A stretch of 64,000 nt of DNA from an uncultured virus (IMG/VR IMGVR_UViG_3300045016_000288) (taxonomy: Duplodnaviria; Heunggongvirae; Uroviricota; Caudoviricetes), in IMG/VR virus record IMGVR_UViG_3300045016_000288. The stretch is one strand, 5' to 3'. Positions 47,246 through 57,255 of the stretch are shown piece by piece (the stretch's first letter is position 1; the number at the start of each line of letters is the position of its first letter). The notes beneath the pieces were generated by a model, which made no database searches, was not told where the DNA came from, and saw only the letters and a list, made by a program, of their open reading frames with translations. Both the position numbers and the translations under genes were made by a program.

Positions 47246-48292
47246 TCAGGTGATGTTGAGGCTAAGTTCCGGCTTTAGGCAATTCGGGCTGAACCAGATG
47301 CGCTCGCGGCGGCAGTTGTCTCGGCGGGATTCCTTGGGATGTATAGTGGAGTATCCGCCGGTCGCTTTCCAGGCGAGCACCTCCCAACCCGGCAAATCAT
47401 AATCGCCTTCATATCCGCAGAGGGCGATGCGCATTTCCTCGTGGTTGCCCCACTCGCGGCACCAGGCCGCCACCTCCTTGGCCACGGTGAGGCTCTCCTC
47501 GCTGTAGATTTCCGGGGTGCGCTCCTGGCTGCAATATGGCGGGTCCAAGAAGACGCCCGTGAGGCCGCATTTGAAGGTTGGTGTTGGGCCGCAGATTCTT
47601 GACCAATCGCCGCAACACACGCGGACACGACGCAGGCGCGACTGGAGGGCGAGCATCCACGCGACCAATGCCTCGTGGCTAGTAATGGTGGCGCGATGCA
47701 CGCCCACGCCAGCATCGCCGAGATGCGGGAGCTGTGCCGATATAGCACGCTCGGCCAGGACCTCAGGTGGGGGCCGATGCACGCCCTGGCCAGGGTTGCG
47801 AAGCTGCGGCAGTTTCGCCGATCCTTCGCATACGCCGTCCCCATAGTTTTCTGGACTGCCCTGTCCAAAATACTCGCCTTCGCACCACCCGCGGCCAATC
47901 CAGGCGCAGAGGCCCCAGCACCACCAGGCGGCGCGCTTGAGATCGTAGTAATCCGGGTCGTGCTTCATGCGCTCAACGAATTCGCTCTTGTCGGGCTGCC
48001 GGCAGAGCCAACGGTGGCGGGCGTGCAGATCGATCTCATTGACGGGCCAGTCCATAAGCCCGGCGAGTTCGTTTGGGTTGGCTTGGACGGCCCGCCAGAA
48101 ATTGCAAATGAACCCGTCGAGGTCATTGACGGTTTCAACGCCGGGATCGTGCGGCCGGGCCAGCAGGACGGCGCCTGAGCCGAAGAACGGCTCGACGTAG
48201 TTTTTCACGTCACCGAGGCGTTCCCAGACTGCGGCGGCAATGGTTGACTTGCCGCCGAAGTAGGGGAACGGTGCTTTGAGTTTAGGCGGCAT
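47246..48292 (-). CDS. DNA adenine methyltransferase (Dam/D12 class)
   Basis: PFPYFGGKS, YVEPFFGSGAV, NDLDG, FLDPPY; start reassigned to MPPKLK. Confidence 0.9.
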   Translation of the reverse strand: MPPKLKAPFPYFGGKSTIAAAVWERLGDVKNYVEPFFGSGAVLLARPHDPGVETVNDLDGFICNFWRAVQANPNELAGLMDWPVNEIDLHARHRWLCRQPDKSEFVERMKHDPDYYDLKRAAWWCWGLCAWIGRGWCEGEYFGQGSPENYGDGVCEGSAKLPQLRNPGQGVHRPPPEVLAERAISAQLPHLGDAGVGVHRATITSHEALVAWMLALQSRLRRVRVCCGDWSRICGPTPTFKCGLTGVFLDPPYCSQERTPEIYSEESLTVAKEVAAWCREWGNHEEMRIALCGYEGDYDLPGWEVLAWKATGGYSTIHPKESRRDNCRRERIWFSPNCLKPELSLNIT

Positions 48293-48664
48293 GGCGGTGG
48301 TTAGGCTTAGACGCCGAGGTTGTCTTGCCCGGGCGGCTCTTTCTCCTGGTTCTGGCTGGAACGCAGGCGTTGCAGGTGTTGGTCGAGTTCGTCCATCTGG
48401 TTGTCGGCGCGCCTGGCGAGGGCCAGGCAGCACCAGAGCACAAAGACACACCAGGCGGCGGCGAGGATGGCGATTAGCCAGAACATAGGGTTGTTGTTAC
48501 GTTAGGTCGGGCGCGCTTTGTTTCATGGGGTCAAACAGTGCGGCGGCCTCGGGACTGCGCTGGCTAATCCCGCGGTCAAACCAGCGAAAACCCGGACGGA
48601 GGTCTCCTCCGTCACCATGCGCGCACCCGACAAAAGTCATCATAAACGGGAAAGGCCCACGAGG

Positions 48665-48991
48665 TCAACGGCGCCATGTCCCCGGTTTTGCGAGCGCCTG
48701 CCGCAGGGCGGTGCTGCTGGGGAGTTCCTTGATGGTCTCCCAGGTGATCGTGGTGCGGGCGGTGCCGCGTTTGACTCGGTAGCCCGGGTGAATGATGTCC
48801 CGCTCGCGGTTGGCGAGGAACTCATTAGCCCGTTGTTCCGTGGGCGCGGTATAGATGTAGTATTCCTTGCCTGAGCTTGGCGAGATGCCAAAGACCAGGT
48901 ATCGCACGGTTACGGCTTCGGTGGTCTGACCAGCCAGTCCACCGGCGGCCGACATGAAGTGTTTCTTGACCTCTTCGCTAAGATTTTTCAT
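48665..48991 (-). CDS. Hypothetical protein
   Basis: 108-aa ORF in the operon. Confidence 0.5.
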   Translation of the reverse strand: MKNLSEEVKKHFMSAAGGLAGQTTEAVTVRYLVFGISPSSGKEYYIYTAPTEQRANEFLANRERDIIHPGYRVKRGTARTTITWETIKELPSSTALRQALAKPGTWRR

Positions 48992-49390
48992 AGGGTTGGA
49001 TGGGGTAGTATCGGTAGTGAATGGTTTGAGATTGTGAATCCCAGATTCGCCATTTGTGGTGGGGCCATTTTCGGCGGCGCGGGCGCAGGGCGGCCAGGGC
49101 CAGGTGGGCCTTGGGCAGCCAGGCGGCTGTTACCCATCGGTTAGGCCGCTCGGGGTCTTCCCACTGCACCCAGAATCGCCGCTCATTTCTCATGATCGTT
49201 GTAAAGAGAGTTCGGTGACGGCAGCGGGGCCGGGTTAGCCGGGAACTCGGGATCGAGCCTGGCGCAGGTGATTTCCTTGGTGTCCTGGCCATAAATGACT
49301 CGCCGGCGCGGGTTGGCCAGCCACCAACCAAAGCCGGCGCCGACCAGGAATGCAGAGCTAATAACGATGACGGTGATGATGAAGCTCATC

Positions 49391-49807
49391 TTATTGAGGT
49401 TTGTCGGTTTCACTGAGGACAGTTTCGATGGCCTTTTGCAGTTGGCGCAAAAGGGAGATGATGTCGGCGGTCGCGTCGCCAGTACAGGCGCGCAGGTCTA
49501 TCTGCCTCCGGTCGCGTTTTGGGAGGGAAACTTCAGCTTTCAGCGCGTCGGTGGCGGCCTTGAATCGCGGTTCGGTGCTGCGGCGGTTTTCGGCGGCGCG
49601 AATCGCGTAGGAGATCGTTGGGCGTTTCCGGCCAAAGGCCCCGGCGATGTCTGAGTGATTGCACATGGCGACTTCATTGCACACCCAGATCGCCGCCATC
49701 CGAGCCGCGGCAATTCTCCCGGTCCGGGAACGGCCTTCGAGGGCCGACGCTGGCACATACCAGGCGTTGGCCGCGAGTTGTTTGATAGCAGAAAGGTGCG
49801 GGTTCAT
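49391..49807 (-). CDS. DnaA domain-IV-like HTH protein
   Basis: RSRTGRIAAARMAAIW...SDIAGAFGRKRPTISYAIR. Confidence 0.8.
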   Translation of the reverse strand: MNPHLSAIKQLAANAWYVPASALEGRSRTGRIAAARMAAIWVCNEVAMCNHSDIAGAFGRKRPTISYAIRAAENRRSTEPRFKAATDALKAEVSLPKRDRRQIDLRACTGDATADIISLLRQLQKAIETVLSETDKPQ

Positions 49808-50127
49808 AAGGTCACGGTGAAAACGAGGACAGTGCAGCCAACCCAGCAGGCATCCTTAATCTCGAAACGGCCCGGGCCTTCCAACTCCAGGAGTTGGAGG
49901 GTCTCAAGATGAGTAGCCGGCTGTTCGTTCGTCAGGCCAAGGACCTGCGCCACACCGCGCTCCCCGATCATCACGAGGCGCTGCTTCGGCTTGAGGTGGT
50001 ACCGGCCCGTGGTGGACCGGGCGTTGATGGTAACGCGCTTGAGAGTCGCTCTCCCTATCCGGGTTAGGGTGATAATGGTCCCCCAGTCTTTTGCTTCGGT
50101 GGTTGGTTTCCAAGTGATTTGTTTCAT
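49804..50127 (-). CDS. Hypothetical protein
   Basis: Stop overlaps the next start. Confidence 0.5.
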   Translation of the reverse strand: MKQITWKPTTEAKDWGTIITLTRIGRATLKRVTINARSTTGRYHLKPKQRLVMIGERGVAQVLGLTNEQPATHLETLQLLELEGPGRFEIKDACWVGCTVLVFTVTL

Positions 50128-50202
50128 AGGTCTATGCTCGTATTCTCTGTAACGCGCCGCGTTTGGAACTTTGCGGTCACGCTATTCATCGTCGTTGCCC
50201 TT

Positions 50203-50730
50203 CTACCGTGAGCCTGTGATGATGGCCGGCTGAGACACCACCGCCACCACTTCCTGCACTTCGATAATCGCCCTAGGCCTATCGTCCCATCCTTTGGTGG
50301 CCCTTTGCCAAACAATCTGGGCGTCATCCCGCCACACCAGCCCGGTCAGCGCGTCTTCGACACAGCGGAGCAGTTTAGTTGCGTCGGGGCGCTGCGTGTG
50401 CCACGTCGGCGCTGATTCCTTGAGTTTGTTGGAATTGCTCCCGGTCCCGTAATGCGACTTCGGCCGGGGCAGGAAAAAGGTGACATCTAGCCTAATCGCA
50501 CACGTGACTGGCGGCCGATTGCCGAATTGTTCCTTGGCCGCCCAGGCAACGTCCAGTTTCCAGTCCTTGCTTTGCTTGCAAGCGTCAACGACGACAAACT
50601 GCCGTCCGCCCGGCTTGGGATTTCTGATCGGGATAGCCCGCTTGCTCCCAGCCGGCTTCGGCAAGCCGGGGACGGTGAAGAGGAGGATATGGCGGGATTC
50701 GACCCACGTGTTTGGCGTTGCCTCATTCAT
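50203..50730 (-). CDS. rusA: RusA-family Holliday junction resolvase
   Basis: VPGLPKPAGSKR, FFLPRPKSH, RPDATKLLRCVEDALTGLVWRDDAQIV. Confidence 0.88.
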   Translation of the reverse strand: MNEATPNTWVESRHILLFTVPGLPKPAGSKRAIPIRNPKPGGRQFVVVDACKQSKDWKLDVAWAAKEQFGNRPPVTCAIRLDVTFFLPRPKSHYGTGSNSNKLKESAPTWHTQRPDATKLLRCVEDALTGLVWRDDAQIVWQRATKGWDDRPRAIIEVQEVVAVVSQPAIITGSR

Positions 50731-50735
50731 CTTGT

Positions 50736-51062
50736 TCACCTTTCCGATTGGCCTTCGCCCGGGGCAAAGCCGCGGTGCATCTCTTCCGCCACGGAAGGAA
50801 GAGGCGCCTGACTGCCCGGAGGCGCTTGTTGCTGCTCCTCGACGTTTTGGGACAACGGTTGGGGTTGGGCAGGATAACAGAGTTTCCAATCGCCTGTCTC
50901 GAACCGTAGTTGCATCCAGTTGTTGGCATTAGCGGGAAGAATCCGCATCACCTTTGGGCTGATTCGGACTACCGGCAGGCCCTGCTTGATCAGCTTGTCC
51001 AGCATCACCAGGCTGATCCCCCACAAGTCCGCATACTGCTGCTTCGTCATTACTTCATTCAT
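50736..51062 (-). CDS. Excisionase/AlpA-like HTH protein
   Basis: MTKQQYADLWGIS...LIKQGLPVVRI...RI pattern. Confidence 0.7.
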   Translation of the reverse strand: MNEVMTKQQYADLWGISLVMLDKLIKQGLPVVRISPKVMRILPANANNWMQLRFETGDWKLCYPAQPQPLSQNVEEQQQAPPGSQAPLPSVAEEMHRGFAPGEGQSER

Positions 51063-51073
51063 AGTTCGGTTAT

Positions 51074-52261
51074 CTATGGTTCGCGTTTGAGGCTCGGCGC
51101 TTTCGGGGTGCGTTCCTCGCAGCCGGCCAGGACCTCGGCCAAGTGCCGTTCCAGGTCCCGGCCGGCCGTCCCCGTAGCCTTCTTGAGCAAGAGACCAAGT
51201 TTTTCTTTCCCGATCTTCACGCAGCCGAGGAAATCCTCGGGCCGGACGCCTTTGCCCAAGGCCCTTTTCCAGACGAGCGACGGATCGGTGATGGTGACTG
51301 AGTCCGACCCCGGCGCCAGCCGCCAGCCGGGCACCCTGCGCCCATCAGCAATGCGGCTCTTGAGTTCGGTTTCAACCGCCTCGTAAAGGCTGTTTGCCCG
51401 CGCCAGCATGTCATCCAGGCGCCCGGCAAACTGGCCGAGCGTTTCGTCCGTCATGTCCGAGATCGCGCCGGGGTTGGTCTCGGCAATCGGGACGGGAAGC
51501 GTAGCCTCGCCGGTGGCCTCCTTACACAGGGACACAGCGGGGCAATAGTGGCACCACGGCCCGGGAACCAACGGCGCGTTGCCAGCCGCAATGTTCTCCA
51601 GGCACGGGCGCAGAACTTGATGCTCAAAGTGTTCAACCTCGACCTGGTTGAGATCAACCGCGGACCATTCCGTATCGGTTTCCGGACAGATCAACGCCAT
51701 TCGGATTCGGAATTCGGCTGGCGCATCCGGCGTGACCGACTTGCCGAGGTCCTGGTGGTAGATTAGGACCGCCAGCACCCACAGTTGCTCGCACACATAA
51801 GCGGAGGGATTCTCCGTCCGCCCACTTTTGTAGTCCACCAGGAGCACGCTGTCGCTAAGGTCATCGCTGCGCACGCCGAAAATGTCCGGCTGACCGGACA
51901 TGATTCTCCGGTGCTGATTGTCGTAGAGCCAAAGCCGCTGCTCCCGGAACCAGTCGTCAGCGGGCTGTTCCATCTCCCACTCGCGCCGGAGATCGTTGAA
52001 GATGGCCCAACAACGCCTGGCACAGGCCAGGTCCTCAAGGGCCAACGCCGCCACCGAGATGCTGTCCTCGGGCAAAGACTCGGCGGTCAGCGGGCAGGAA
52101 GCCAGGGCCGCGTGAATGCGCGTGCCGCGCTGGGCTTCCGGGCCTGGCTCAACCCGGGGAGCTTGCGCCGCGAGGGCGACCGACCCCGGACAATTCAGCC
52201 AGCGATGCGCCGCGCTGGCGCTGGGCAATGCGCCGCGTTCGTTGTCTCGTTGCTTTTTCAT
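51074..52261 (-). CDS. DUF2800 / Cas4-like PD-(D/E)XK nuclease
   Basis: SASAAHRWLNCPGS, GTRIH, GQPD, VDYKSG, QLxxxA, PGPWCHYCPA...C. Confidence 0.85.
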   Translation of the reverse strand: MKKQRDNERGALPSASAAHRWLNCPGSVALAAQAPRVEPGPEAQRGTRIHAALASCPLTAESLPEDSISVAALALEDLACARRCWAIFNDLRREWEMEQPADDWFREQRLWLYDNQHRRIMSGQPDIFGVRSDDLSDSVLLVDYKSGRTENPSAYVCEQLWVLAVLIYHQDLGKSVTPDAPAEFRIRMALICPETDTEWSAVDLNQVEVEHFEHQVLRPCLENIAAGNAPLVPGPWCHYCPAVSLCKEATGEATLPVPIAETNPGAISDMTDETLGQFAGRLDDMLARANSLYEAVETELKSRIADGRRVPGWRLAPGSDSVTITDPSLVWKRALGKGVRPEDFLGCVKIGKEKLGLLLKKATGTAGRDLERHLAEVLAGCEERTPKAPSLKREP

Positions 52262-53691
52262 GGCGTCTTAAGCTCGGCCACGTAGCGGATTACCGAAGCC
52301 AGCGTTTGATGCAACTGCGTAATCGCGCTCCGCGGCAGGGACTCAAAGTCAGGGTATGAATCCGCGTTCGGGAAGAAAGATACGTGCCGGCACCAGGCGT
52401 TGAGGTCCGAGTACGTCAAGTTCGCCTGTTTCAGGGCAGCCAGAATATCCTGCCGATGCCTGGCCTCGACCGCCACGGGAGATTCGCCTGTGGAGGGCTG
52501 CGGCGCGGCTGATTTTGGCGGACGCCCGCGTTTCGGCGGCGTTGGTTTCGGAGCCGGCGGCAAGGACTCAAAATCCAGTTCATCCGTGGCTGGGCCGGGA
52601 ACGGGCGGTGTCGGCTCCGGAACATTGGTTAGCTCAGAGGCCGTTGGCTCTTCGATAGGCAGTGGCTCGAATATGTCGGATGGATCAGGCTCAGGAAGCC
52701 CTGGCACTGGTTCTGCTGCGGGCGGCGGTGGTGTGGCCGGTGGAGGCGGTGTGGGTGCCGGAGCCGGTCTGGTCCCGATCAAAGCCTCGTGTTGCACGCC
52801 CTGGATTGCCCCGCGCCGGCGCATCCTGCGGGCGTAAATTTCCGCCCAGGTAGTGTCGCCTTCTTTGATCGCAACGTACTGCCGCCGCAGATCGCGCAAC
52901 TCCTTCCAATCCAGGCGAATAACGCTATGCCCCAGGTACTCGACAAGAGCGCGTTCATTGACCGGCGGCAGGAGAGCGCCAAAGCTGTCCACCAACCGTT
53001 GGGCCGTCTGAGGATCGCGGGCGGCCTTCTGAAGCGTGGCGTCAATGGCCCGTTCCACCCGAATCCGAACATCGCAGCGCAGCAGGTTTTTCCCCTGGTC
53101 GCGCCGGGCAAATGCGCCCAGCCTGTTCTCCTTCTCGCGCATCTGCTGTTCGGTCACTGGGACGGTGTAAAGCGTTTGACCATAAGTGTTTTTGCGCTCT
53201 GACAAAACCAGGTCGCCGGGGCGGCGCGATTTGGTTTCGACGGTCTTGTCAATGATCGCCTCCCGCGATGAACTGTTGTTCGTTTGCAGGTCCAGTACGG
53301 TCACGCGCACCTTGCGTTTATCGACTGTTTCCCAGAGGGTCGAGACTGTTGTCTCGATGTGCCCCATTGCCTGGATCGCGGCGTCCACGAGCCGGATGGT
53401 CAGTCCAGGGACCATCTCATCGCCTCGCGGGACTGCATACATCGCCTCTTCAGCGAAATCCAGGTCCTCGCAGAGTTCGAGCAGGTAAACTTCAATGGCA
53501 CCCCATTGCCGCCGGTTTTCCGGCCGCATGGCGATGATGAACCGGGCTTGAACCAGGGCCTGCGCTTCGGCGGCGCTGGCAGCCACGTTGGTTTCGCCTT
53601 CAGCAATTTGCAAGGCCTGACTCAGGTTGTCTTGCGGTTTCTGAAGCGCGGTTGTTTCTGGCACTACTGTTCCTTGAATGTGTTTATTCAT
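52258..53691 (-). CDS. Putative ssDNA-annealing/recombination protein
   Basis: Lies immediately upstream of the DUF2800 nuclease; AMYAVPRG...GLTIRL motif; Pro-rich tail. Confidence 0.5.
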   Translation of the reverse strand: MNKHIQGTVVPETTALQKPQDNLSQALQIAEGETNVAASAAEAQALVQARFIIAMRPENRRQWGAIEVYLLELCEDLDFAEEAMYAVPRGDEMVPGLTIRLVDAAIQAMGHIETTVSTLWETVDKRKVRVTVLDLQTNNSSSREAIIDKTVETKSRRPGDLVLSERKNTYGQTLYTVPVTEQQMREKENRLGAFARRDQGKNLLRCDVRIRVERAIDATLQKAARDPQTAQRLVDSFGALLPPVNERALVEYLGHSVIRLDWKELRDLRRQYVAIKEGDTTWAEIYARRMRRRGAIQGVQHEALIGTRPAPAPTPPPPATPPPPAAEPVPGLPEPDPSDIFEPLPIEEPTASELTNVPEPTPPVPGPATDELDFESLPPAPKPTPPKRGRPPKSAAPQPSTGESPVAVEARHRQDILAALKQANLTYSDLNAWCRHVSFFPNADSYPDFESLPRSAITQLHQTLASVIRYVAELKTP

Positions 53692-54133
53692 ATATCTCAG
53701 CGTTGACTAGCGGGCTTGGATGGAACCGCAGCAGCACGTAGCCTCGTCCTTCCATGCAGAGACACCACCGGATGCGGCCCTGTTGCAGCGACCAGATCGC
53801 ACGATCCAACATCCAGAATTCCGGCGGACTGTAAACGGTCGTGATCGCGTCAAAGCCTTCCGCGCAGGCATCCCCAAATACCCGCACGTTTTGGTAATCG
53901 AACCCAGGACAGAGTGTCCTGGCCCAACCCGGAGTCGGCAAGAAATGCCGCGTCCAGGCCTGGTGAAGCCAGTGCGCCCCATCCCTGACGATGCTCATGG
54001 TCGAGGCGACCAAAGGCGCGCTGGCATCAGCCAGATCGCTCAAAACTTCAATGCCGCGCTTGTGCATGGCTCGCTCCGCGTCCCCGGGCAGTTTTAAGAG
54101 CCCGATTGGCCGTTTCTTCCATTCGGTCCGCAT
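53684..54133 (-). CDS. Protein with RNA polymerase alpha-CTD-like N-terminus
   Basis: PIGLLKLPGDAERAMHKRGIEVLSDL. Confidence 0.5.
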   Translation of the reverse strand: MRTEWKKRPIGLLKLPGDAERAMHKRGIEVLSDLADASAPLVASTMSIVRDGAHWLHQAWTRHFLPTPGWARTLCPGFDYQNVRVFGDACAEGFDAITTVYSPPEFWMLDRAIWSLQQGRIRWCLCMEGRGYVLLRFHPSPLVNAEIYE

Positions 54134-54297
54134 AGGAGTTCGAGGTGGCGGCTCACTGCCAGCCGGATCAACAGGCTCACCGGGATTCCGGCCCGGCGCG
54201 AGCAGGACCGCAGTTTCGCCAGTGTCTCCGCGTCGAAGCGGGTTGACACTGGGAACACCAGTGTCGCGGTTTTCCGTCCATCCGTTTCCCCTCTCAC
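54094..54297 (-). CDS. Ribbon-helix-helix repressor-like protein
   Basis: VSTRFDAETLAKLRSCSRRAGIPVSLLIRLAVSRHL. Confidence 0.75.
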   Translation of the reverse strand: MRGETDGRKTATLVFPVSTRFDAETLAKLRSCSRRAGIPVSLLIRLAVSRHLELLCGPNGRNGQSGS

Positions 54298-54304
54298 GTA
54301 GTCA

Positions 54305-54355
54305 AATGTAAGACATTGTTCTACGAATGCAAGAAAAATCTTCAGAAATTTTTCT
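54305..54355. promoter_or_regulatory. Divergent control region: leftward TTGCAT-16-TACATT promoter and operator-like palindromes
   Basis: AT-rich gap between the two arms; AATGT-aag-ACATT and AGAAAAAT...ATTTTTCT. Confidence 0.55.
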
Positions 54356-54404
54356 GGTTGGTTTTGCTTGCCAAACCCGGCCCCGAGGACTAACGGTTGG
54401 TCGT

Positions 54405-54689
54405 ATGAAGAGCGAAGCTAGGATTGACTTCGGGGGAAACGAAGACCTGCGCGGCATCTTCGCCGGGGTCGATCTCGGGAGACAAATCCGCGTCACGGTC
54501 ACAATGCGAGTCAAGCGGCGGGATGAAGATGGCGTGGTCTGCGCCCTGGAGGAAATCGAAGAGCTTGACGGGGAGGAGATCGCCGTGTTGCCGCCTGAGC
54601 CCGACGAGGAAGGGCGGGCCGTGCCGACAGCCGAGGAACCCTACGGGCTCTTGATCTATTCCAGCAACCGCGGCCAGCCCGAGGAATGA
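54405..54689 (+). CDS. Hypothetical acidic protein
   Basis: Start MKSEARI; stop overlaps the next start. Confidence 0.55.
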   Translation: MKSEARIDFGGNEDLRGIFAGVDLGRQIRVTVTMRVKRRDEDGVVCALEEIEELDGEEIAVLPPEPDEEGRAVPTAEEPYGLLIYSSNRGQPEE

Positions 54690-54967
54690 GGCGGCGCCGG
54701 ACACTGTGGGGCCAGAGGGGCGCCCCCGGGGTTTACCTGGTCAAAGAGCGTTACCGGAAACTGGGGCTGCTGGACTGGACCACGCCGCGGACCGAGGCCT
54801 TGTGCCAGCGGCTCGGCGTGACGGTGCCGGAGTTGTGCGCGATGGCGGGTTTGTATAACCGGTACACTATCAGGAGGTGCATTCAGAGAAACCGGTGGTC
54901 GGTTCCGGTGGCGTTGGTGTTTTGGTTAATCGAACAGAGTTATGGTGGATTTAGAGCTAATCGCTAA
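54686..54967 (+). CDS. Small HTH-like protein
   Basis: LCQRLGVTVPELCAMAG. Confidence 0.5.
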   Translation: MRRRRTLWGQRGAPGVYLVKERYRKLGLLDWTTPRTEALCQRLGVTVPELCAMAGLYNRYTIRRCIQRNRWSVPVALVFWLIEQSYGGFRANR

Positions 54968-57206
54968 ACACGGCTGCACCCAGGAGCGGCTGCGGCAGAT
55001 TTTCACCGCCGGCACGGTTGGCGCGGACACGGAACTAAGCGAAGCTGAGAAACGCGACGCGGAGATTCGCCGGCGCTGGGAGGACCGCATTCGCAACCGG
55101 CTCAACAAAGGCCAGATCGAGTCGCTCGCCCGCGCCGAGCTTTATGGCGCGGTTGACCTGGCCTGGGACGCCCCCCCCATCAACCAGGAGAGCTACCCGC
55201 TTATTCTGTACGCGCAGGGAAGGCTCAACCAGGCGGACTGCGTTCGCACGCTGGAAAACCTCCAGTGCGGCAGCCAGTACATCCAGCGGGACAGCAGCGG
55301 CAAGGCGGCTGGCATTGACCTGCCGCGCTTTTATGAGGTGCATTGCAACCTGGTCCGGCATTTCGTGACCCGGCGCCTGGCCGCGCAGATGAACAAATAC
55401 GCGAACCTCTGGCCCTATTTCCGCTATGAGCCCCGCGTGCCCACGATGGCGGCGAAGATCACGGCGGATATTGAGAGCCAGCGCGTCGAGGAAATGGCCG
55501 ACGCCTACGATTACCGCCATCACGATGAGCAGGTCGTCCGCGACATGCTGCTCTACGGGTTCAGCGTGGATTTCGTGCGGTCAGCCTGGGATTGCTCCTG
55601 GCAATGGCGAATCCACCCGGACGCGCAGTCCCCGCACACGGTCGCCGAGCGCGAGGGCGTGGACTGGATCAACGCACACCCAACCCGGCTGTTCTACGAT
55701 AGTTCCGAGCCGCTGGCCCGGATCAACAGCGACACCGGCCCCAGCTATATTGGCTACTGGGATATTGTTCCCTACGGCAGCGTTCACAACAACGCCGATT
55801 ACTGGAACCGCAACACGCTCGGGTACACCGATGATTTCCTGAACCTGTTCAGTTCCTACCCCGGCTATTTCAGCCAGTATTACTGCACGGTCAAGGTGCC
55901 CCAGCCGACCTCGCAGCCGTGGCTCAAGAACGACCGGATCGGCAGCTACAGTCTCTACAACTCGCAGGATGATGACGCAGCCTGCTTGATTGCGGTGTAT
56001 TTCGAGCGGGTGGTGCCCAAGGATGAGGGATTCGGGGATTACCCTTTCCCGGTCTGGGTGCGCTTCATTTGCGGCGGGGCGGCTACGGCGATTGTCTTTG
56101 CCGAGTACCTGCCCAGCGCGCCGGCGGCCTACTGCGGATTGAACATCAAGGATGACCGGCGGTTTCAACTGTCGTTCGCCCACGAACTAATGCCGTACCA
56201 GGACCAGATGACCAACCTGCTGAGCCAACTGCTCCAGGTCTGCCGGATGGAACAAATGAAAATCCTGGCCGTGAACACGGACGTGCTGGCGGATGAAACC
56301 GTGATCCGGCGGCTGCGGGAGGGGTTGGCCGGGAGCGACTGGCACAGCCGGCCACATCTCCTGGAATACAGCGGGAGCAAGATGGCCGCCTTGGGCGTGG
56401 AGATGCGCGAGCCGCTCAAGCTGATCCAGCCGCAGAGCAACCCGCAGTCAATCCAGATTTTGTTCCAGTCCATGACGACGCTGATCCAGTTGATCGAGCG
56501 GCTGGAGGCAATGTCAGCCAACGAAGTCGGCCAGCCGATTGTTCGCAGCGAAGGAGGAGTAACAGCCACCGAAGCACAGTTGATCAATGCCTCCACAAAC
56601 TCGGTGTACAACTACATCAGCGATGCAGTGGATAACTACCGGGCCGCCAAGAAGCGGATCATCCACGAGAGCCTTATGGTGATGGGGCCGGACTTTTACG
56701 AGACAACGACCCTGAGCCGGTATCCCCGGTCGGAGATTGTCAAAGCCGGCTTCGAGGTGGTTGACCTGGATGAGGCGAACTCGGTGTTCATTGTCCGGGG
56801 CCGGCGGGATTTGCTTCGGCATTCTCTTATCTATTCAACCCGCGATGGGAACGAGCGCCCGATCAATGCTGAGTCGGCCCGGACCCTCGTTCAACTGCTT
56901 CCCATGCTCATGCAGTTGATGGCCACAGGCGCGATTGGGGGCCAGGGCAAACTGGTGGAGATCATCAACGAGATTTTCCGGTTGTTGGGCGCCGGGGTTG
57001 ACCTGCGCCTGGAGGCATCGTCGGAGCCGGGCCAACCGTTGCCGCAGCCGGGCCAGAACGAGGGGCAAGCCGCGCAGCAGGAGGTTGAGGCCATGCGGCC
57101 TACGTTAGAGGGCATGACGAGGGTGCTCCAGCAGCACACGGATGAGATTACCAGCCTCAAAGGACAAGGACAGGCGGCAGCGCCGCAGTTCGCTGGAGTT
57201 GCTTAA
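54942..57206 (+). CDS. Portal protein
   Basis: Size, position before scaffold and capsid, TATEAQL motif typical of P22-like portals. Confidence 0.7.
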   Translation: MVDLELIAKHGCTQERLRQIFTAGTVGADTELSEAEKRDAEIRRRWEDRIRNRLNKGQIESLARAELYGAVDLAWDAPPINQESYPLILYAQGRLNQADCVRTLENLQCGSQYIQRDSSGKAAGIDLPRFYEVHCNLVRHFVTRRLAAQMNKYANLWPYFRYEPRVPTMAAKITADIESQRVEEMADAYDYRHHDEQVVRDMLLYGFSVDFVRSAWDCSWQWRIHPDAQSPHTVAEREGVDWINAHPTRLFYDSSEPLARINSDTGPSYIGYWDIVPYGSVHNNADYWNRNTLGYTDDFLNLFSSYPGYFSQYYCTVKVPQPTSQPWLKNDRIGSYSLYNSQDDDAACLIAVYFERVVPKDEGFGDYPFPVWVRFICGGAATAIVFAEYLPSAPAAYCGLNIKDDRRFQLSFAHELMPYQDQMTNLLSQLLQVCRMEQMKILAVNTDVLADETVIRRLREGLAGSDWHSRPHLLEYSGSKMAALGVEMREPLKLIQPQSNPQSIQILFQSMTTLIQLIERLEAMSANEVGQPIVRSEGGVTATEAQLINASTNSVYNYISDAVDNYRAAKKRIIHESLMVMGPDFYETTTLSRYPRSEIVKAGFEVVDLDEANSVFIVRGRRDLLRHSLIYSTRDGNERPINAESARTLVQLLPMLMQLMATGAIGGQGKLVEIINEIFRLLGAGVDLRLEASSEPGQPLPQPGQNEGQAAQQEVEAMRPTLEGMTRVLQQHTDEITSLKGQGQAAAPQFAGVA

Positions 57207-57255
57207 TAATGGCGCTTGACGGAGCGCGGGCGACCCGGCATTTTCGGCTTTAGAT

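Noticed and set aside
51074..52261. Cas4 of a CRISPR system
   Set aside because: DUF2800-type phage nuclease in a recombination context; no array or other cas genes.
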